This document shows, piece by piece, positions 40,695 to 51,305 of a DNA stretch of 64,000 bases. Origin of the DNA: Callorhinchus milii (Eukaryota); the NCBI RefSeq assembly GCF_018977255.1, contig NW_024704743.1:32118001-32182000 (forward strand). Reading direction: 5' to 3'. Made by a program: the position numbers and the translations under genes. Position 1 is the stretch's first letter, and each line of letters begins with the position of its first letter. Below the pieces are notes generated by a model. That model was given only the letters and a program-made list of their open reading frames with translations. It did not search any database and was not told the DNA's origin.

Positions 40695-40879
40695 TTTGCA
40701 GTTAACGTTCCAAAGAGCCAGAATTAAATTTCTCAACGCTAGATACATAGTGGGATCCCGAGAATATTCTGGGAATTCATACAATTCATCAAGTTCCATT
40801 ACATCGGGCCTCACACAAAGGGCCTTCCCACACTCGTTTGGCTGGTAGAAAGGCTGGAAGTAAGGACTCACTCCTGGAA
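40695..40879 (-). CDS. KDM1B: KDM1B coding exon 8 (SWIRM, N-terminal half)
   Basis: VPGVSPYFQPFYQPNECGKALCVRPDVMELDELYEFPEYSRDPTMYLALRNLILALWNVNCK; 185 nt. Confidence 0.95.
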
Positions 40880-41811
40880 CTGACCAAACATATTTAAAGT
40901 TAGTTCACTTGATTTATTAATCTTTACATTATTTGAGGCCCTGTTATAGGAATATTTTAAGCCTAGTTTACACATTTGCACCAAAGCCTGTACTACAAAT
41001 TGTGGATTCTCCTCACCCCTCCTCAATTCCGTTTTGCATATATGAATGTGGAATAAATCATATGGAATATTTCTGAAGAATTTGCAGTGTATAGGTTTCA
41101 CCTGCTGTGGTCAGGATGTAGCAATACTGCTCTGCTTCTTCCCACTGTGTTTTCCCACAGTTATGCTGGTTCTGTGCAGAGATATGCTTAGAATGCACAT
41201 GCGCACAGACATCAACGTCATACAAGACGTGGTTTCACCACCAGCAGACAAATTTAGCTGCCCCAACACTCCAGAACTCCATCCAAGCCCCTCCGCCTCA
41301 CCTCCTCCCTTCACATCTTCAAAACCAGGCTTAAGAGATCTTTTCAAATGCGCTTTGGCCTACTTCTTCACTCCCCAGCTTCTCTGCCACCTCTCAGCTT
41401 TTTTNCTCTCATTCCCCCCACCCCCAGCTCTGACTCTCAGATACAGCTGTGTGAAACATTCTGTACCCGAGCCCCAAGTGACAGGCGCTGTATAAAGGTA
41501 AAATTGTTGTTTTTAGCTGACAGGCAGCCTATAAAATCAGGAAAGGGAGAGGGAAGGAAAGTTGGTCAGCAGCCAATTAGCCTCAGTGAATGGAAATATA
41601 AAATTGACCAAAGATGAAAATAGTCAATGCTGTGGAATTCTGTCTGTGTCAGGCTGACTCAGATGCTGCACTCTTGCCTTTGAATCCAAAGGCTTTTGGT
41701 TCAAGCTCCACGTTGAGATGCACAGTATAGACTGACACTTCAATACACTGTTGTGGAGTGTTCTGTATCGTTCAAACTGCTATTCATCATATGAGATGTC
41801 GAATGTCTTAC

Positions 41812-42022
41812 CGGTTGACTGAACAATTTTGCAGTATTCTGCTGGAGTCATCTTCATACTGGTGAACTCATTGTGGCAACGATTAGTGGTGGTACACGAT
41901 GGGCTCATGCCTACACAGTCTGGGTAATACGCACCAAGAAAAGGGGCTGCTGGACTACCCTTGAGTAATGGGGGCACAATTAGCATAGAATACCACTTGC
42001 TATCACCAACTTCGCCAACTCG
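41812..42022 (-). CDS. KDM1B: KDM1B coding exon 7 (linker)
   Basis: RVGEVGDSKWYSMLIVPPLLKGSPAAPFLGAYYPDCVGMSPSCTTTNR...; 211 nt. Confidence 0.94.
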
Positions 42023-42864
42023 CTGAAAAAAATATTTGCATGTACATTAAAAACAAGACTAAGTTGCTTAGGTTCATATGTATAGAAAACAACTATCTAA
42101 ATATAGCAGATACTCAATGTTAGTAATAGATTAATGATTAAATCATTAATCTCTATGGGGCTCAGTATATAATGGGACATAAACTCTTATCTAATGCAGA
42201 AAACCTTCTCTATATCACATTGATTCAGCATCACCCCAAATCTCCTCCGAGCTGATGTTGCATGAGTCATCACAACATACAGGGGGATTCCATTAAAATT
42301 CCACTTCAGAATTTACACAAGATGCTTCTTTCCCCCCCTCCCACCCCCTCACCCAGTACAAGGTACCCGGTAACCTGCTGGCTTTGTCATTTAAACACTT
42401 TTCTAACCCTAAGAATCAAAGAGTTACTCCGAAGGTGTTTAATACATTTAGGATTTGAATCTCTGTCTTATGTTTCGAAACCCTTTTCACTGGCAGTCCT
42501 TATGTTACAATCTTTCTAAAGAAACATTGTTACTACCAATACAGTGATGTTAAGGTAATGTCAAAACTACAGAAGCACAAACATACAAAGTAACAAGCAC
42601 AAACATACAAAGTAACAAGAACCACAGAAAGTAATGATGAGCAAATGATAGAATAATTTAATCTTTGCTGCAGTGATGGAAAATGTGACTTTTGTGCATA
42701 TGATTCAAATTTGGTGTTTGAAAATGGGAGAAATGAGAATGGAAGTACAAAGTTTCACAATCAAGTGGCAGCTTCAATGGGGCACACAGCAGGCAACATA
42801 TACATGACCTTCACCCACACCCTCCAACCTTCCCCTGAATAGTTTCATAAGTAATAGTACTCAC

Positions 42865-42903
42865 CATGTCTTCAGACAAAGAGCAGGGATCTGGGCTTTC
42901 TGT
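42865..42903 (-). CDS. KDM1B: KDM1B coding exon 6 (39-nt microexon, end of zf-CW)
   Basis: ttacag|TESPDPCSLSEDM|gtgagt; supplies the last Cys of the CW finger. Confidence 0.88.
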
Positions 42904-43602
42904 CTGTAAGGCCACCAAAATGAAAGTGAATCAGTTCATTTTTTGAATAAAATGTTTAGCACATTCCTTCCTTTATTTCTACATTTCTTCAGACTAGAAC
43001 TAAAGAGATGGCAAGCAAAATGCTTTAAAGCCCGACCAACTATGCACATAAACCATGAAAGACCACCTTTTTACAGGACATCATCCAGCCTTTGCTTTAC
43101 TGGCATCTCCCTATGATTGGACAGCTGTGATAAGTGAGCCAAACCTGTCACTCATTTACTCTAAAATTTTGATCGCTTGCGATTTCATTAGACACAAACA
43201 TATTAATTTTAAAGATATGTCACAGAGATCACTCCATGACAAAACTAGATCACCTAGTTGTCTTTTATGAGTTTTGTTGAACAGTTTTCATTTTCTTCCA
43301 AAAAATGCTTCAAAGAGCACACTTCAGGATCACGAGGAGGTAGTTACTGAACTGTATACTCACAAGATTGGTTTGTATGTATTACATTACATTCCTCGTC
43401 AAGTGCAATTTTGCTTTCAGCTGTCCAATTATATGCACTTGTGGTCTGAGCAAAGGTAAACTCCTTTATAAAGGCATTGTCAATAATCACAACACTTAGT
43501 ATAGATTTCAGCCACAGAACAGATTCACTAATAACACCAAGATGTCAAATTCCTCACAAAATGCACCTTCTAAAAATGAATGCTTGATGACAGATTTTTT
43601 AC

Positions 43603-43719
43603 CTTGACAGTTGAGTACGTTTTCATTCCACAACGGTATGTTTTGGCTAGTTCTGCAGTAATTTGGATGTCTCTCGTTAACTGACGCCATTTCCCACAAT
43701 CATGTTTTGTACACTGCAC
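43603..43719 (-). CDS. KDM1B: KDM1B coding exon 5 (zf-CW)
   Basis: VQCTKHDCGKWRQLTRDIQITAELAKTYRCGMKTYSTVK; 117 nt. Confidence 0.95.
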
Positions 43720-44075
43720 CTACTCAACAAATTCAAATAACGGTTAAAAAGTGGAAAGTCCAAAAACAATCACATTTCTATAGAATCTTTCACAGAAAAT
43801 AAACTTCACAGTGCATGCAAAATATGAGAATGGTGCAGCCTTACAGATTAATATTCAATAGCCAATATCAAGCTAAAATATATATTCAGGAGTTGCATAA
43901 CATCAGAAGACCTAGTCCAAACATTTTTGTGTCATACTTGACCTTCACAATCACTTTGCAATGGCATTTTTACATCTAAAGTTTATGTTTTGCCCGTGCT
44001 CTTCTATTATTTGGCAAACTTGTTGGGAATGTTAATCAGGATTTATTTTTTAGAAAAGCAATTTTTGAAGCTTAC

Positions 44076-44187
44076 CCAGTAGGGAAGTTGCTGATCAGCC
44101 ATAAATGCTTTTAGACTGGGCTCACTTTTGCCATTGCTGGTCCAGATTCTTTTCCAGGTGGCATACTTCTCGTACCCATCTTTGTGG
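44076..44187 (-). CDS. KDM1B: KDM1B coding exon 4
   Basis: SHKDGYEKYATWKRIWTSNGKSEPSLKAFMADQQLPYW; 112 nt. Confidence 0.96.
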
Positions 44188-44689
44188 CTAGAAAACATTT
44201 AAAGAGACTACTGAGTGAGGCACAGCACAATACGCTAAATGTTGCTAATATTGTACACTCAGACAAATAGTCTCCATACTAAGTATTTTCTTCAAATGCA
44301 TCATTATTTACAAAAATACCATTTACATCGACCCAATTCTGAGCCCACTTTTTTTTAAAACAAAACTACAAATTTCCACCCAGTGTAAGATGTGAATAGC
44401 TAATGCTAAGAAATTAAATGAAGTTCCTTCACGTGAGAAAGCATAATCAGCATAGTATTGAGCCACATACAGGTCCCAATCAATTGCTGGTCTGTGCTGG
44501 GTTAGCTGATTGACACTCGCAGTCTAAATTCATATATGATGGAACTGTCACTTGAACAACATGCCAGAGAGCTGCAGTACCTGAATCTTATTCTAACAAG
44601 AGTAACTTTCTCAAATGATGGGGGCAAATTCTGGGGGGGGGGGGGGGGGGGGGCGAATGTGCTCTCATTTTAAAATACTTGTATGTGTG

Positions 44690-44722
<33 letters not shown>

Positions 44723-46637
44723 ATTATACAGTGATAAATTCAAAATGTCAACACTTCTTAGAATCACTCTAGTAACAAATGTCAATCAAGCTATTGGCCT
44801 CCAGAAATAGATGAGCAATAATTTGACAGATGACAAACTCAAAATGATGTTATGTTTTCAAACACAACCTTTGGCAATAACCACCAAAATTCAGCTAGAT
44901 CACAAGCAGCTCAAAACAAGCAACACAATTCAGAAATTCATCAAGACGGTCAAGATTGTGAAAGAAATCTCAATTGCACAACAGTTTATTTTAACCACAG
45001 TATTATATACCTTCCTCCTTTTGTCCAATTGGAGATTTTTCATTCTCCAACCTTCACAAGCATTACTAAAAATAAAACTGCAATACAAATAAACCTGCTT
45101 TAACATACACTGTTGCTTCAAATAAAAGTTGATGTACCATGTTATGATGAACAGTCCCTGTTGAACACTAATCTATAATGCATATAGAAACTGTTACTGG
45201 AAGAAAGATTATGTTTGGTTTTCAAATAATTGATCACACTTAGAAAATATTTTGAAGTGCTTCTATTTTGTACCCTCAATTTGTCTACTTTGCTGCATTA
45301 TTGAATATAATAACAACAATAATGTGGGAGCAGCTGGGTTGATAGGGTGTAAGAGTACATGGATGTAAGGTAGAGGAGGCTATGAAGAGATTTGAAAGTG
45401 AGAATGAGAATCTTGAATTTGAGCATAAAATGAACCTGCTTCATTCTAAGCTTATGGTGTGGACACCAACATTTACTTATGAGAAAATCCAGAAAGCCAT
45501 CCAACTCACTTCAAAATGCCAGCCTGTTTTTCCACACCCTTAAAAAATGGCTGCCATCTAGGTCATCAGGTCTCCATCAACAGCGCTTTCTTTGGCAGTG
45601 ATCTGATAACCCAGAAGTTGTCCATTTTTTAGTGCGTGAAAACTGCACACGTAGTTTTCAGCAGAGGTCACTGGATAGATCGAGAGACAGAGAGGCCAAC
45701 ATTCTTAGGATTTTAGCATTAAGCTGATTGTCTTAATGATTAATTTGTGGGAATTTAAACTTAATTTAGAAGTTGGTTTTCCACCAATTTAAATCTAAAT
45801 TTAAAATTGACTGCAAAACATAAAAACATGTTATGACAGTATCGTTACTGCCCAACTTCAAAGAAAGCTCATGAATTTCAGGCCTTAGCGGTGAAGCCAT
45901 TTGCTGATTTTACTCCTCCCTAGTCCAAGGGTTAAAGCCAAGTATAGCAGTCAAATGCTGACTCTGCCTGAAACTAGGTTTGTCAGCATAGACTAAGAAC
46001 CAAAACTTTCTAGTTCATGTGTTTTACTGCTACCAGCTGTTGACTTTACCCATGAATCTACTGAGGAAGCATTCAAGTGGGCATTTTTCATCTGTGAATG
46101 TTGCAACCAGTTAACCATGTGTCTAATCAGAGTATCACCAAGTGTAGATTGATCTCATTCTCACCAGACATTTGTACTTGTGCACTTTCTAGCAGGCCTC
46201 ACTGAATAGAAATTCAAGAACCTTGATTATTTTTTCCTCTCCCTAATCTATGTGCACCAAAGCCATAATAAGACCCACTTTTGCTGTGGCTGAGATAAAA
46301 TAAATTAGCACAAGTCAGGAATTGTACATGGAGCCTTCCAGATCTATTTGGCTCAATTACACAAAGGAATTATGAGTTATTCACATTGGAGAATAACAGT
46401 TTTCCTTAAATCATTCACTAAATTACATAATCACAATATGTGATGGCAAAATTGATCAGATTTGCTCCTGGGTCTGGTGCTGAATTAGCGAATTGCAGCC
46501 AGCGTTGTAATGGCGCTGAACCAATTATTAATTTCCCATGGGACGAAGATAGGAGGTGCTGTAAAAACATCTGATCACTACTTTACAGAGAAACCTGAAG
46601 TACAGGAGAAAATATAAATTGAATTCCACTGACTCAC

Positions 46638-46727
46638 CTGCGGTAACAGTGATCAAAGCATTCATTGCAGAAATGTTCACCACAGGATAAATGATACCAG
46701 CGTGATGTATACCCATTTTTAGCACAC
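46638..46727 (-). CDS. KDM1B: KDM1B coding exon 3 (C4H2C2 zinc finger)
   Basis: CAKNGYTSRWYHLSCGEHFCNECFDHCYR; 90 nt; phase 2 at both ends. Confidence 0.96.
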
Positions 46728-48242
46728 CTAAAAATAATTTACAAATTAGTGCAAACTTGATAAATTTTAAGCCTCTGAAGTACACATCAAATTGTAAGAT
46801 ACAAACTAAAAATGGGAATAATCCAAAATAATTTCAGACCAATGAATAAAAAAATAAATAAATTTGTGAAAATATAACCAGGAGAAAATATAGAACTGAA
46901 AAGGGTACTTATTGGAGTGGAAACAGGGTATAAAAATGGGTTATTCTATTTCCAGGAGATAACACATTTTTGTAACTGGGGATCTCATACTACCATAAAA
47001 TAGTTGGAAACAAGAGAGATGTTTGGATATAAACTTTCACAACTAACACAAAGTAAAATGTAGAAAGGTTAACTGCAATTCATACACTGAGTATATCAGC
47101 TCTCTCACAGGCTTCAAAATACCACCCCTTGCAAAGTAATGAGTGCTGGAAAACCTGCAGGCAATAGAGTAAGCAACTGAGCACATTTTCTGGTCCTTCT
47201 CTCAAATCCTTCCATTTAGTCGTCTAAAATAATGTACCACAAGGCTATCACATTCCCGTATCTTCTGTACTCAAGAAGATCAAATTTCTCCTGCAATACA
47301 CAACACACACAACTCTCATTGCTTCAACAAAAACCTGTGAATAAAGGGCCTATGAGACATATTGCAATGGAGGAAGTGTATTTGGCATCTGCCTGGAGCT
47401 GGGCAAGTACAGAGTCAAAAAGCTAACATTAAAAAGGGAATACAAACATAGTTCCAGATATCCCAAAAGGTCTTCAAATTGAGCTCACCAACAATTTGAC
47501 TTGGTTAGCAACTTATGTGGTGCCTTTCATGTAGAATGAATATCTCAAAGTGCTAAAATATATTGCAGGAAAAGGAAGAACTAAGGATATTGACCAAAGC
47601 ACAGTTGAAAAGATATGTTTTAGGAGGGTTTTTAAGGCAGGAGAGATGAAATGAAAGAAAGTATTAGAAGAGAATTCCAGAGGGTAATTGAATATTTATG
47701 GAATTGCAAAGCAGTGCCATCTCACAATACAAAGAAAGAGCCTGATAATATACTGTCACAAAACTTTAAGTGCATTACATTATTGGATGACAACTTTATG
47801 TACAGTATCAGGAATCACTGTAGCAGAATCTAAAGCACCAAAACAATTGCAACAGCAACAATTGTGCATGCATATATTCATGTCGAAGCAACTTTCTCTC
47901 CCTCCCAAATTACCTTTTCCCCTACTCTCACGAAGCCAGAGTCCTTCCTGTGAAATGGTTCCACAGACCAATAAATTATGAAATGCACAAACAGACATGG
48001 TCTGTATAGTTCAGATACGCATCGACTAAATTCATGGGGTCATTGTGGGAACTCTGATTCAATTTGTGACCATGGATTTGGGAATCTTCCCCTGAAAGTT
48101 TGCGATATCACTGGAGAAAAATATCAAGCTATAGAAATGGAGACGGTAAAGAAAGTGACCTCCAAAAGAGCCAGATGACCAACACTTGAACATATTACAA
48201 CATTACATTCTGGCAACAATTTACAAAACAAACCCCACTTGC

Positions 48243-48364
48243 CTCTCTGCAATACTTGCAAAGCAAACTGGGTATGCTGCAGTGCAGCCAGCTTTTTCAC
48301 ACTTCCTATATTTCTTTTCAGAACCTTCTTCCTCTTCCTCAGTTTCAAACGTTTTCTTTTTGAC
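48243..48364 (-). CDS. KDM1B: KDM1B coding exon 2 (ends at a GC donor)
   Basis: VKKKTFETEEEEEGSEKKYRKCEKAGCTAAYPVCFASIAER. Phase 2 requires AGAG|GCAAGT. Confidence 0.92.
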
Positions 48365-48506
48365 CTATATTGAAGAAATAAGACACAAGAGTAAAGCAGA
48401 TTTGATCAAGACCAAGATATGTATGATTTGAAATCTCAAAGCAGCTACACAAGTACATTTCATCTGGAATTATTTTTCAATATATTATACAAATGTAACA
48501 ATAGTA

Positions 48507-48700
48507 CAACAACAACAAGATTACATTTATACAGTGCCTTTCACGTCGGGAGTACGTCCCAAGGCGCTGAACAGTGTACAGCATTTCAGACCCGAGCTGG
48601 AGTCGGCGGTGGGGGTGGGGGGGAAGGGAGGAGAGTGGAAGGGGAGTGACCGATGGCATGGTCGAAGAGGAGGGTTTTGAGGTGGGACTTGAAGGAGAAA
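48507..48700 (-). mobile_element. L2 LINE 3' tail fragment
   Basis: Reverse copy of the 28330-28512 tail. Confidence 0.85.
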
Positions 48701-49283
48701 CACTTGATCTACCCAAATATATAAAACTGCTAAGGCAAATTCATCAAACACGACAATTTTCTACAACTGGCTCCAAATATATTGTAAAATTTTAAACCTT
48801 ATATACTGGTTAATGGCACTATAATGTCACTTACTACAGCTCATATCCACTCTGCAAAGATACAATGATATCCATCTTGCATGTTCCCAAGGCTGGGGAT
48901 CACAAAGAGAACAATAGCAATGGCATCTCTAGCACAGAACAAGATACAATTCTGTGCACATACAACTTTTTCATAAACAAAAGGATATATGCAACCTTGG
49001 AGAAATAATTATTCTCCATTACATCCCACTGGTAATGCTACTGCCTGATGAAAATGCGAGACTTTAAAGGAAGTACAGAGATCTTGAAGGTTCATTTTGA
49101 ATCTCCAGTCTGTGTAAGTTAACCGATCTGTGCTGGAGAATCAATAGAAGCACAATTTATAACCTTGGCGGGGGAGAAATGGAAGAGAGAATATGCAGGA
49201 TTTTCACTTCCAATTTGGATGTATGAATGTTATGCATTCATCCAGACATTTTATATTTAAGATAAAATTGAAGTAGGCCATCT

Positions 49284-50412
49284 TGTTGTGTTCACAATTG
49301 AATTATTTGTTTGGATAAATTAGATAGAATAGGAATTATTATGTTGGGTAAGTTAGATATGTTTCCTTTGATCAGAAGTGAATATTACTGTGTTGTTAGG
49401 CTATGTTAAGCCTAAATTATGCTTATATCAAGTAGATTTGTAGAAGTACAATCTTGATTATGAATATGGTTTTGATATTGATCAGATGAAGGTTGTATGT
49501 TTGTTAGCCATGTCGAGATGACTTGCAGAACATCCATCTAAGCATGACAGCTATGGGGTAGCTGTCATCATTCTAAATGAGATGCAAGTATCATGTGCCT
49601 TGAAGAGCTAATTGGTTAAGAAGAAAGAAATGAACATGTTATCACAGCTGCAGCTTGTCTTGTTAACTGCTGATGTATGATCCTGCATTGCCTTGATCAG
49701 AGTCGACCCAAAGGTGTCCAGGGCCCACCCCAGCCTGATCACACAATTGTCAGATGGACATGCAGACTGGCACGGATCATCCTAATATTAAAAAAAACGA
49801 TCACGATAAAAGCTTAGCTAAGCTATACTTTGTTCAGTTGTCGATTCAGTTCAGTCCAAGTTAGTGAGAAAGTGATCATGTTTTCCGTTCCTCCAGTACG
49901 GCAGAACTCCCACCCAGGTACTGTGACTTGAGTCACCTGACTGTTTAAGATTCCAGCAATTCAACTAACATCTTAGGAGGAAAGAAGATAACAGACTTTG
50001 CGGGTATAAGAACACAGCTGTAGCACAACTGCAAGAGATTCAACACCTGCTATTATCAGAATTCCCCAGAATGAATAACAAGCAAGAAGTTCATCTGCTA
50101 CCTAGAAATTTTAAGACTGACTACAGTAACATGCTGTATGCAAGCATAACAACATAATAGCGTCTATTGTAGTAATCCTGCCAATTGTAACCATGCTTAA
50201 TGAATCAATGAAAAATTATACATCTTTCTGTATATACATCTTAAGTAAATCCTGTTGAACATAAAATACAGTGACTATTTGATATTGATAACTCTCTTCA
50301 TGGGTTTTTAATTTAAAATTTTGGCTTAGTTGAATAAGCTGGTATTTTCTGGCCACACCTTTGTCCCAGGTTCAACAGAATTACACTGCTGATCACACGT
50401 TCAAGCCCAACA
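49284..50412 (+). mobile_element. Solo LTR (1129 bp)
   Basis: Starts TGTTG, ends CAACA, flanked by a perfect ATCT duplication; internal TATAAG at 50005 and AGTAAA at 50244. Confidence 0.7.
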
Positions 50413-50616
50413 ATCTCAATACCACACAGTCTGCTTCATGCCCCCTCACCTATTCTCACCCACTATTGGGTTCTTGATCCCATCATGGAAACTAGAATTG
50501 CTGAATAGAAACAAGTAAAACAATAATGCAGTTGTTTCCAAATTAATATTATAATTGGAAAGATTTTTGGCTGAACGCTCAGTGAATGCTGCATTGTAGT
50601 TGTACCCTGCAAATAC

Positions 50617-50709
50617 CTGTCTTCCAGATGATCTCAAAGGGGGGTTGTTATCCATTGATGCTTCAAAAATAGCGGGTTTTTTCTTTGCACGTACCCTTCC
50701 ACTGGTCAT
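50617..50709 (-). CDS. KDM1B: KDM1B coding exon 1 (ATG at 50709; exon begins at 50723)
   Basis: MTSGRVRAKKKPAIFEASMDNNPPLRSSGRQ; the PLRSSGRQ end matches KDM1B. Summed CDS is 2466 nt = 821 aa. Confidence 0.92.
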
Positions 50710-51082
50710 AGCACTCACGGCATCTAGGAATAACCAGCACATTTGGTTACTGAATTTGAAATAAAGTTCAGCTCTACACATTTGAATCCCAATGCTTTGG
50801 CCGAACACTTATAATGTCAAGGACATATCATAAAATAAAGTCAAGTACAAGCAAATATCTCATTCTTCATAACATCTAAATTCTAATCATTTCCTCTCCA
50901 AAAAGTACCACTTTCAATAAGAGAGCAGAGCAACACTGTTCCTAGACCCAAACAATGTTGCTTTGTAACTAGTGTTGCCAATGCAGTTTAAAAAACAAGT
51001 CAATGATCTTCTCTAAATTTTACCTTGCAGCAGGAAAGCACATCTAGAAACCACACCAATTTAGATCAGAGTTTTGCCAACC

Positions 51083-51305
51083 ATAATAATAATAGTTGCA
51101 TTTGGTATAGCACCTTATTACATCTTTGGGATGTCTCGTTTCACAGAATATAGCGTAAAGTGAATTGACTGTATATTTTGAGTCAGAAAGGCAGCAGCCA
51201 ATTGCACACAGCAGTGTCCCACAAACAGTCCTGGATTGAGTGACCAAATTATTTTCTATTTATTTTAATGGAATTATTACCCCCAGAAAAGAGATCCATC
51301 AATCT
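51083..51305 (-). mobile_element. SINE 3' portion
   Basis: Same family as the 11086 and 20590 copies. Other partial copies at about 8570, 19000, 19590, 30210, 33115 and 38440. Confidence 0.75.

Noticed and set aside
41405..41405. Ambiguous base N
   Set aside because: Assembly uncertainty inside an L2 tail remnant; not biological.
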